DNA of 13,544 nucleotides from an uncultured Anaerolineae bacterium (GTDB lineage Bacteria > Chloroflexota > Anaerolineae > CAYQVA01), in the NCBI GenBank assembly GCA_964420815.1, contig CAYQVA010000005.1:1-13544 (forward strand), in the 5' to 3' direction. Every line of letters starts with the position of its first letter. Positions within the stretch are counted from its first letter, which is position 1. A program made the translations under genes and the position numbers. This document shows positions 7,847 through 13,544 of this stretch, piece after piece. Below the pieces are notes generated by a model. The model saw only the letters and a list, made by a program, of their open reading frames with translations, was not told the origin of the DNA and made no database searches.

Positions 7847-7879
7847 ATAGCCGATACCTCGTGGCCTTATTGGATAAAG

Positions 7880-8734
7880 ATGAGAGCTATTCCTTCGGAA
7901 AGTAAAGCTGCTGTCGAGGTCAAGGACTTATGGTACTGGTATGAGGATCACATCCCTGTCCTGAAGGACATCAGTTTGACTATAAACCGAGGCGAATGCC
8001 TGGCCATCATCGGGCCCAATGGATCGGGGAAGACCACCCTGGTCAAGCACTTCAATGGCCTGTTGAGGCCCCGCCGAGGCAAGGTCTTCGTGAACGGGGA
8101 GGATACGGAGGGAAGGACGGTAGGGCAACTGGCCCGCCAGGTGGGGTACCTCTTCCAGAACCCGGACCACCAGCTCTTCTGCCCCACCACCGAGGAGGAG
8201 ATCGGCTTCGGATTGCGCAACCTGGGGCTCCCTGAGGAAGAGGTGAGGGAGCGGATCGCGGAGACGCTGCAGCTCTTCGGGCTGGAGGAATACGCCTCGA
8301 TGCCGCCGGCCATCCTGGGGTATGGGCTGAGGCGGAAGGTCACCCTGGCGACGGTCTACGCCATGCGGCCACCCATAATGGTCCTGGACGAGCCGACCAC
8401 CGGCCTCGATTCGCGAAGCTCGAGGGAGCTGATGGAGATGATCGTTGCCCTCCGCCGGGATGGACACACCATCGTGTTCATAACCCACGATATGAAGCTG
8501 GTGGCCGAGTTCTCGGAGAGGACCCTGGTCTTGAACGCGGGTCAGGTGCTGGATTGCGATACGACCAGGAATGTGTTCGAGAGGAAGGAACGCCTGGAGA
8601 GGGCCTTCATCGCCCCGCCGCAGATAACGGCCCTGTCCCAGAGGATGGCCCCCTATGGCATGAGGGGGGATAGCCTGACCGTCAGGGAGTTCTACGAGGA
8701 GTACAGCGCGATAAGGAATGAATCCCACCTTTGA
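7880..8734 (+). CDS. ecfA2: ECF transporter ATPase EcfA2 (ABC ATP-binding protein) with a degenerate signature motif
   Basis: Walker A GPNGSGKTT. Q-loop LFQNPDHQ. Walker B IMVLDEPTTGLD. H-loop FITHDM. The ABC signature position reads LGYGLRRKV instead of LSGGQ. Start chosen at ATG 7880 (MRAIPSESKAAVEVKDLWYWY, the normal EcfA N-terminus). The ORF track's GTG at 7784 would add 32 Cys/Arg-rich residues from the palindromic spacer. Confidence 0.85.
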   Translation: MRAIPSESKAAVEVKDLWYWYEDHIPVLKDISLTINRGECLAIIGPNGSGKTTLVKHFNGLLRPRRGKVFVNGEDTEGRTVGQLARQVGYLFQNPDHQLFCPTTEEEIGFGLRNLGLPEEEVRERIAETLQLFGLEEYASMPPAILGYGLRRKVTLATVYAMRPPIMVLDEPTTGLDSRSSRELMEMIVALRRDGHTIVFITHDMKLVAEFSERTLVLNAGQVLDCDTTRNVFERKERLERAFIAPPQITALSQRMAPYGMRGDSLTVREFYEEYSAIRNESHL

Positions 8735-9512
8735 GCTTTACGTAGACCGCCGCTCCTGGCTCCATAGCCTCGACCCCAGGACGAAGCTGCTGCTTGTGGC
8801 CCTGGGCACCATCTCGCTCATGACCTTCAGCAGCCTGCCGGTCGTGGTCGCCTTCCTCCTAGCCGCGCATCTGATCATCCTCTCCGCTCACATCCCGTGG
8901 AGCAGGATAAGGTGGATCTGGGGGAGGATGCTGCCCATCACCGTGCTCATCCCCCTCCTCTGGCCTCTCTTCTATCAGCGTGGGGGGCGCGTCCTCCTTC
9001 AGCTCTGGCGGATCAGGGTGACCTCCTACAGCCTGGTGGAGGGAATAGCCATGGCCCTCAGGGTTGATGCCCTGGCCTTCATCGGCTTCATCCTCCTGCT
9101 CTCGACAAGGCAGGCGGAGCTGGTTCAGGGCCTGGTGAGGCTGGGCCTGCCCTTCGAGTGGGGGCTGACCTTAGCCATCGCCCTGCGCTACCTGCCCACC
9201 CTCTACGGGATATACGTTATGATCTCAGAAGCCCAGCAGGCCCGCGGCTGGGTCGTCGGCCGGGGCAACTTCGTCCGGAGGGCGCGATCGTACCTGCCGG
9301 TGCTGGTGGCCATGATCATCTCCGTCCTGCGGATGACGGATAACCTAGCCATGGCCTTGGCCGCCCGGGGCTTCGGGGCCAGGCCGAAGAGGACCTATTT
9401 TCGGGAGGTGAGGTTCCGCCCAGCGGACGTGATATGTCTCTCCCTTATCACGGCGCTGTTCATCGCCTTAATGGTGATGAGGTTCAGATATGGGTTCGGA
9501 ACCCATCCCTGA
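8718..9512 (+). CDS. ecfT: ECF transporter transmembrane T component (EcfT/CbiQ family)
   Basis: N-terminus ...RRSWLHSLDPRTKLLLVALG is the typical EcfT start. 264 aa with ~5 TM. Conserved Arg-containing coupling-helix region (...ALRVDALA..., ...ARGF...). Overlaps ecfA2 by 17 nt (translational coupling). Confidence 0.85.
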   Translation: MNPTFELYVDRRSWLHSLDPRTKLLLVALGTISLMTFSSLPVVVAFLLAAHLIILSAHIPWSRIRWIWGRMLPITVLIPLLWPLFYQRGGRVLLQLWRIRVTSYSLVEGIAMALRVDALAFIGFILLLSTRQAELVQGLVRLGLPFEWGLTLAIALRYLPTLYGIYVMISEAQQARGWVVGRGNFVRRARSYLPVLVAMIISVLRMTDNLAMALAARGFGARPKRTYFREVRFRPADVICLSLITALFIALMVMRFRYGFGTHP

Positions 9513-9513
9513 A

Positions 9514-9595
9514 TTGGAGGTTGGAGGATGCCAATCCAGAGCTATAATGAATTCTCCAACTTCCAACCTCCAACTTCCAGCTTCTAACCTCTAAC
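9514..9595 (+). repeat. heptamer repeat array: 2x TTGGAGG (9514-9527), then 6 tandem YTCCAAC units in the opposite orientation (9554-9595). CTCCAAC, TTCCAAC, CTCCAAC, TTCCAGC, TTCTAAC, CTCTAAC.
   Basis: Read directly from the sequence. 9514-9524 TTGGAGGTTGG is the exact reverse complement of 9564-9574 CCAACCTCCAA (11-bp inverted repeat). The array spans the ecfT stop to the SD of the next gene. Confidence 0.8.
9521..9548 (+). promoter_or_regulatory. putative promoter for the R3H-AAA ATPase gene (TTGGAG -16- TATAAT), embedded in a heptamer-repeat array
   Basis: Perfect TATAAT at 9543-9548, with TTGGAG 16 nt upstream (weak -35, 3/6). The two TTGGAGG heptamers upstream and six YTCCAAC heptamers downstream (see repeat feature) bracket the -10 box. 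Confidence 0.4.
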
Positions 9596-9615
9596 TTGAA
9601 ATGAGGTGTGTGTAT

Positions 9616-11175
9616 ATGCAACAGAAGATAACTGACGACTTAGACGCTTTGATTGATGTCTTGCCGCCACCGATCGCCGATGCCCTGCGCAAGGTGGACA
9701 AAGGGGATGAGCTCCTGGAGGTGGTGCTCGACCTGGGGCGTCCGCCGGAGGCACGCTTCGCCAACGACGAGGTCGTCCTCAGCCCCAACGAGGTTACCAT
9801 GGAGGAGATAGACTACGTCGTCTCCCGCATCGGAGAGTTCACCACCGACAACCGGGCCGGGATCGAGCGCACCCTGCACCGCATCTCCGCCATCCGCAAC
9901 CGCAAGGGGCGGATCGTTGGGCTCACCTGCCGCGTGGGGCGCGCCGTCTATGGCACCATTGACATTATCCAGGACATAGTCGAGTCGGGGAAGAACATCC
10001 TCCTCCTGGGGCCGCCAGGAGTGGGCAAGACGACCATGCTGCGGGAGGTCGCCCGGGTGCTGGCCGAGAAGAAGAGGGTGGTCATCGTGGATACCTCCAA
10101 CGAGATCGGCGGCGACGGGGACATCCCCCACCCCGCCATCGGGAGGGCACGGCGCATGCAGGTCCCCACACCGGCCCTGCAGCATGAGGTGATGATCGAG
10201 GCCGTGGAGAACCACATGCCCGAGGTGATAATCATTGACGAGATCGGCCGGCCATTGGAGGCTGAGGCGGCCCGCACCATCGCCGAGAGGGGGGTGCAGC
10301 TGGTGGGCACCGCCCACGGCAACACCCTGGACAACCTGATGATGAACCCCACCTTGGCTGACCTGGTGGGGGGCATCCAGACGGTGACCCTCTCCGACGA
10401 GGAGGCGAGACGCCGCGGCACTCAGAAGTCGGTCCTGGAGCGCAAGGCCCCGCCCACCTTCGATGTGGTGATTGAGATAAAGGATTGGAATCACTTGGTG
10501 GTGCGCCACGACGTCGCCGCCGCCGTGGACGCCATCCTGCGGGGGAGGTCGCTCCCCGTCGAGCTGCGCTATCGCGACGAGAAGGGGCAGATCCATATCG
10601 AGAAGACCACCCTTCCCCCAAGCCTAGAGGAGAGGCCAGCCGCCCCTACCCGGGAGGTTCCCCCCTTACATGCGTTGCGCATCTATCCCTATGGCGTCAG
10701 CCGGAACCGCTTGAGGGAGGCATCCGAGAGCCTGGGGCTTCCGGCCATCATCGTTAAGGACCTGGGCGAGGCCGATGTGATGCTCACCCTGAAGAGCTAC
10801 TACCGTAAGAGGCCGCGGGCCATCAGCGAGGCGGAGAGGCGCGGTGTTCCCATCTACGTCCTGCGAAGCAACACCGTAGCTCAGATGAAGGGCTGCCTGA
10901 TGGACGCCTTCGGCTTGGAAGATAAAGCGTCCTCCAGTCCCTTCGATCAGGAGGGTATGCCGAAGAGGCCTGACCCCCTCACCCTGGCCATGGAGGAGAC
11001 GAGGGCAGCCATCGAGAAGGTCCTCGCCGGCGCCCCCTACGTTGAGCTATCCCCCCAGAACGCCTACATCCGTCGCCGGCAGCATCAGATGGCCTCCGAA
11101 GCGGGGCTCATCTCCCGCAGCCATGGGAAGACGCCGCGGCGGCGGGTGACGATCTACCGGAACGATGGTGGATGA
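9616..11175 (+). CDS. AAA-family ATPase with C-terminal R3H single-stranded nucleic-acid-binding domain (Ycf45 / SpoIIIAA-like)
   Basis: Walker A LLLGPPGVGKTT and Walker B VIIIDEIG. SpoIIIAA-like N-terminal region. C-terminal LSPQNAYIRRRQHQMASEAGLISRSHGKTPRRRVTIY fits the R3H consensus (L.P......RR..H..A....L.S.S.G.....R.V.I). Start at ATG 9616 with SD GAGGTG 7 nt upstream. The ATG at 9601 in the ORF track lacks an SD. Confidence 0.75.
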   Translation: MQQKITDDLDALIDVLPPPIADALRKVDKGDELLEVVLDLGRPPEARFANDEVVLSPNEVTMEEIDYVVSRIGEFTTDNRAGIERTLHRISAIRNRKGRIVGLTCRVGRAVYGTIDIIQDIVESGKNILLLGPPGVGKTTMLREVARVLAEKKRVVIVDTSNEIGGDGDIPHPAIGRARRMQVPTPALQHEVMIEAVENHMPEVIIIDEIGRPLEAEAARTIAERGVQLVGTAHGNTLDNLMMNPTLADLVGGIQTVTLSDEEARRRGTQKSVLERKAPPTFDVVIEIKDWNHLVVRHDVAAAVDAILRGRSLPVELRYRDEKGQIHIEKTTLPPSLEERPAAPTREVPPLHALRIYPYGVSRNRLREASESLGLPAIIVKDLGEADVMLTLKSYYRKRPRAISEAERRGVPIYVLRSNTVAQMKGCLMDAFGLEDKASSSPFDQEGMPKRPDPLTLAMEETRAAIEKVLAGAPYVELSPQNAYIRRRQHQMASEAGLISRSHGKTPRRRVTIYRNDGG

Positions 11176-11248
11176 GGCGCATGGGTAAACGGAAAAGCAT
11201 CGTGGCTTTAAACGACCTCAGGATTCATTTAACCTCTTCAGGGCAAGA

Positions 11249-11602
11249 TTGGTTCCGAGCGTTATAGATGCGAGGGGAGAGGAAGTAGAGATTGATCTCG
11301 GCGATTATCTCCATGGCATTTTAGACCACCCTGAAATGCCTAGCCGGGTAAACTGGATTGCGGAAACCCTGCAAAACCCTGAGGAGATACGTCGCCATTG
11401 GGAGAGGCATCTTCGACACAGGGAAATCTATATCAACACTATCTACCAAAGCGAAGAGGATATCAAAGGGGAAATGCACATAATCATCGTTGACCGAGCC
11501 TTAGGTAGGCTGCGGTTCTGGACGACCTTCGTGCCGAAGGATCCGGAGAGATACTCCAAACTAGTGAGGGAAGGTGAGCTGCTATGGAGAGCAGAAAACT
11601 GA
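11249..11602 (+). CDS. small hypothetical protein, putatively the DUF4258-like partner (toxin-like) of the downstream DUF2283 gene. Start uncertain (TTG).
   Basis: 117-codon ORF overlapping the next gene by 19 nt. Lower GC than surroundings. Segments ...AETLQNPEEI... and ...MHIIIVDRALGRLRFWTTFVPKD... loosely resemble DUF4258 (the ..eeal.nP.ev.. and ..hVVv....vITVY.P.. patterns). Family assignment is tentative. Confidence 0.4.
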   Translation: MVPSVIDARGEEVEIDLGDYLHGILDHPEMPSRVNWIAETLQNPEEIRRHWERHLRHREIYINTIYQSEEDIKGEMHIIIVDRALGRLRFWTTFVPKDPERYSKLVREGELLWRAEN

Positions 11603-11949
11603 AAGTAGACTACTATGAAGATAAGGATATCCTATACCTGCAAATCATCCCGGAACGTCCAGCCAAAGTTGATGAGACGAAATACGGCTTCATGGTCCGC
11701 TATGATTGGGATGACCCGAAAGAGATAGTGGGCTTTGAATGCCTGGATTTCTCGCTACTTATCCCACACCTGGCTGAGCCGGGGGTCCTCCCTAAGGTAA
11801 AAATGCGTTTCGACATCGAGGGCTCAAAGATCAAAGATGCCACCCTGAAAGACGTCCTTATCTGGGCATATTGCAGATATGTCCTCAGACAGCCAGCTAA
11901 GGTGCCCATAAGCTACAAAGAACGAATCGTAGAAGCCCCTGGCTCGTAG
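11584..11949 (+). CDS. DUF2283 family protein (antitoxin-like partner of DUF4258-type pairs) with a C-terminal extension
   Basis: LKVDYYEDKDILYLQI......VDETKYGFMVRYDWDDPKEIVGFECLDFS matches the DUF2283 pattern (K.xYD.E.D.LYI.l.......e...g.i.DyD..G.iVGIEiLdaS). Overlaps the upstream ORF. Low GC. Confidence 0.6.
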   Translation: MESRKLKVDYYEDKDILYLQIIPERPAKVDETKYGFMVRYDWDDPKEIVGFECLDFSLLIPHLAEPGVLPKVKMRFDIEGSKIKDATLKDVLIWAYCRYVLRQPAKVPISYKERIVEAPGS

Positions 11950-11977
11950 AGGCTCCCCCTGCCATAAGGAGTGTTAA

Positions 11978-12619
11978 GTGTCGCTATTCATCACCTTCGA
12001 GGGGCCTGACGGAAGCGGAAAGACGACCCAGATAAAGGCCCTCTACGAATACCTCAAAGGGCGTGGCTACGCCGTCCTCCTGACCCATGAGCCGGGTGGG
12101 ACCGACATCGGCGAGAAGATAAGGGATGTATTGCATAACCTGGAGAACGTCGCCATGCTCCCCAAAACGGAGGCCCTGCTCTTTTCGGCCTCGCGGGCCC
12201 AGATTGTCGGGGAGGTCATCCGCCCGGCCCTGGAGCGGGGCGAGATAGTCATCTGCGACCGCTACGCCGATTCGACCATCGCCTATCAGGGGTATGGGCA
12301 TGGCCTGGACCTCGATCTGCTGAGGGCGATCACCGACTTCGCCACAGGGGGGTTGAAGCCAGACCTGACCATCTACCTGGACATTGACGCTGAGGAGGGC
12401 TTGAAGCGGAAGCGGAGGGCCTTTCTCGCTGGGGAGGCGGAGTGGACCCGTATGGATCAGAAGGAGGTGGCTTTCCACCGTCGGGTGCGTGCTGGCTACC
12501 TGGAGATGGCGGCGGCGGAGCCGGAGCGATGGGTGGTGCTCGATGCCACGCGCCCCATAGCGGAGGTCCAGCAGGCGATCCGCAGGGAGGTGGACAGGAT
12601 ATTGGAGGGGCAGGAATGA
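11978..12619 (+). CDS. tmk: thymidylate kinase (dTMP kinase). GTG start.
   Basis: FITFEGPDGSGKTTQ P-loop at the N-terminus. The DRY motif is present as DRYADST. LID region RK.RR. SD AAGGAG 6 nt upstream of the GTG. Confidence 0.9.
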   Translation: MSLFITFEGPDGSGKTTQIKALYEYLKGRGYAVLLTHEPGGTDIGEKIRDVLHNLENVAMLPKTEALLFSASRAQIVGEVIRPALERGEIVICDRYADSTIAYQGYGHGLDLDLLRAITDFATGGLKPDLTIYLDIDAEEGLKRKRRAFLAGEAEWTRMDQKEVAFHRRVRAGYLEMAAAEPERWVVLDATRPIAEVQQAIRREVDRILEGQE

Positions 12620-12945
12620 AGCTGATCGTGAGCATCGTTCACAGCGATGATGCGGGTGGCTTGCTCGATGCCTTGATAGGGAGGGGGTATCGTGCCACCC
12701 TCATCAGCACCACCGGCGGCTTCTTGAGAGAGGGAAACGCTACGGTGTTGGTCGGCACGGAAGCGGAGAAGGTAAGCGAGGTCCTGCAACTGATCAGGGA
12801 GAACTGCCACACCCGCACCCGATACATCAATCCCCTGCCCCCCCTGACGGAGACAGGGGAACTCTACATGCCTCAAGCCATAGAGGTGGAGGTCGGTGGG
12901 GCCACCATCTTCGTGCTGGACGTGGAGCGGTACGAGAAGCTTTAA
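12616..12945 (+). CDS. darA: PII-like cyclic-di-AMP receptor DarA (YaaQ/DUF970 family)
   Basis: MKLIVSIVHSDDAGGLLDALIGRGYRATLISTTGGFLREGNATVLVGTEAEKV...IEVEVGGATIFVLDVE closely parallels B. subtilis YaaQ/DarA (MKLIVAIVQD...ATKLSTTGGFL..GNTT..IGVED...VEVEVGGATVFVL). The ATG overlaps the tmk stop (ATGA). Conserved tmk-yaaQ synteny. The ORF track's longer upstream extension is a Gly/Pro-rich artefact. Confidence 0.8.
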   Translation: MKLIVSIVHSDDAGGLLDALIGRGYRATLISTTGGFLREGNATVLVGTEAEKVSEVLQLIRENCHTRTRYINPLPPLTETGELYMPQAIEVEVGGATIFVLDVERYEKL

Positions 12946-12946
12946 A

Positions 12947-13318
12947 TCAAGCCTCCGTCCCCAGCTCCGGCATTGATCTCTCTATCTCCTCCGGGCTCTC
13001 ACCAGCTTCGAGCCTATCCACTATCTCGTGGAACTCGTCTCCTAGATCCTCGCCCAGTTCAGCGCTCATCCTCTTCATCCAGCGGGCAATGCTTCTGGGA
13101 TCATTTTCGTCAAGGCCGGCCAGGCTGCTGGGGCTGGCCAGCTCCTCCAAGCGGCTCTCCTCGGACTTGAGGACGGCTATACGCGAGATCAGGCGGGTGA
13201 GGTCCTCACCCCCGCAGAAGGGGCAGCGCGGCGACACCTCCCCCACCTCCGAGAAGCTCCGCAAGAAGAGGGTTACGCGCCGACCACAGCCATTGCAGCG
13301 ATACTCATAGACCGGCAT
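12947..13318 (-). CDS. FmdB-family zinc-ribbon protein (CxxC...CxxC) with an acidic C-terminal tail
   Basis: MPVYEYRCNGCGRRVTLF....PRCPFCGGEDLTRLIS is the canonical FmdB start, with two CxxC pairs. On the minus strand the start is ATG 13318, preceded by GGGAGG-ttagg-ATG. The ORF track's upstream extension to 13369 lacks an SD. Confidence 0.75.
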   Translation of the reverse strand: MPVYEYRCNGCGRRVTLFLRSFSEVGEVSPRCPFCGGEDLTRLISRIAVLKSEESRLEELASPSSLAGLDENDPRSIARWMKRMSAELGEDLGDEFHEIVDRLEAGESPEEIERSMPELGTEA

Positions 13319-13385
13319 CCTAACCTCCCTGACAGGTAATGGCATAGTCATTATATCCCAAACTCGCATTCAAATCAAGCTCGCG

Positions 13386-13544
13386 ATGGGAAAACCACAC
13401 GTGAAAGGGACGCCTTTCATCGAACTCGCCCTCCTAGGCGAGGAACTGGAGAGGACCACCAGCCGGCTGGAGCTGGCGCGGTTGATGGCCGACTTCCTGC
13501 GAGGGCTAAACCGTGAAGAAATTGCCCCTGTGGTGAGGCTGACC
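13386..13544 (+). CDS. ATP-dependent DNA ligase, N-terminal fragment (continues beyond the window). Possible alternative start GTG 13401.
   Basis: MGKPHVKGTPFIELALLGEELERTTSRLELARLMADFLRGLNREEIAPVVRLT matches the conserved N-terminus of ATP-dependent (Lig1/archaeal-type) DNA ligases (F.ELA..FE.LE.T.SRLE....L...L......E......YL). Open to the end of the window. Confidence 0.55.
   Translation, partial: MGKPHVKGTPFIELALLGEELERTTSRLELARLMADFLRGLNREEIAPVVRLT

Noticed and set aside
7784-7879. GTG-initiated N-terminal extension of ecfA2 given by the ORF track (MICGVRRLCRRNAKSGDFALHIADTSWPYWIK)
   Set aside because: GC3 of this stretch is ~47% versus ~80% in the genes. The peptide is Cys/Arg-rich and is encoded by the nested palindrome. 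The EcfA-like N-terminus begins at the internal Met (7880).
9601-9615. ATG at 9601 as the start of the R3H ATPase (MRCVYMQQK...)
   Set aside because: No SD upstream. The GAGGTG that would serve the ATG at 9616 lies inside this extension at ideal spacing. Kept 9616 as the start.
11181-11267. 28-codon ORF (MGKRKSIVALNDLRIHLTSSGQDWFRAL) immediately after the R3H ATPase stop
   Set aside because: No convincing SD (GAGG only 3 nt from the ATG). AT-rich junk-like composition. Overlaps the putative start of the next gene. Kept only as a note on the uncertain 5' boundary of the DUF cassette.
1-13544. CRISPR arrays, tRNA/rRNA genes, transposase/integrase genes, terminal inverted repeats of IS elements
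   Set aside because: None found. The only repeats are the heptamer array and the nested palindrome described above. The low-GC segments carry no recombinase.

Overview
This is a high-GC (~62-65%) bacterial chromosomal window that uses Shine-Dalgarno sites and sigma70-like promoters. Its tmk-darA(yaaQ) synteny resembles Firmicutes/Chloroflexota-type genomes. No rRNA, tRNA, CRISPR array or transposase gene is recognisable.

Gene content, left to right:
- a hypothetical ORF, possibly truncated at the window start
- a tightly linked plus-strand cluster: MBL-fold hydrolase, a small CTP-dependent polyprenol-kinase-family (CdsA/DolK/VTE5/CarS superfamily) membrane protein, an MFS transporter, and a UbiB/ABC1 atypical kinase
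- a convergent, compositionally atypical (lower-GC) SPFH/band-7 membrane protein with its own strong promoter
- a complete dedicated ECF-type transporter operon, ecfS-ecfA1-ecfA2-ecfT, driven by a near-consensus promoter
- a Ycf45/SpoIIIAA-like AAA ATPase with a C-terminal R3H domain
- a low-GC overlapping DUF4258-like/DUF2283 gene pair (toxin-antitoxin-like architecture)
- thymidylate kinase overlapping (ATGA) the c-di-AMP receptor DarA/YaaQ
- a convergent FmdB-family zinc-ribbon protein
- the 5' end of an ATP-dependent DNA ligase

Main second-look items:
- The two ECF ATPases are complementarily degenerate. EcfA1 lacks the H-loop His, and EcfA2 has LGYGL in place of LSGGQ. This predicts one dead and one consensus ATP site.
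- A 56-nt nested palindrome, foldable as a three-way junction, sits between ecfA1 and ecfA2.
- A heptamer-repeat array (2 inverted + 6 direct YTCCAAC units) brackets the -10 box upstream of the R3H ATPase.
- The UbiB kinase carries an in-frame ~21-aa insertion flanked by 8-bp inverted repeats.
- There are two low-GC insertions: the SPFH gene and the DUF pair.
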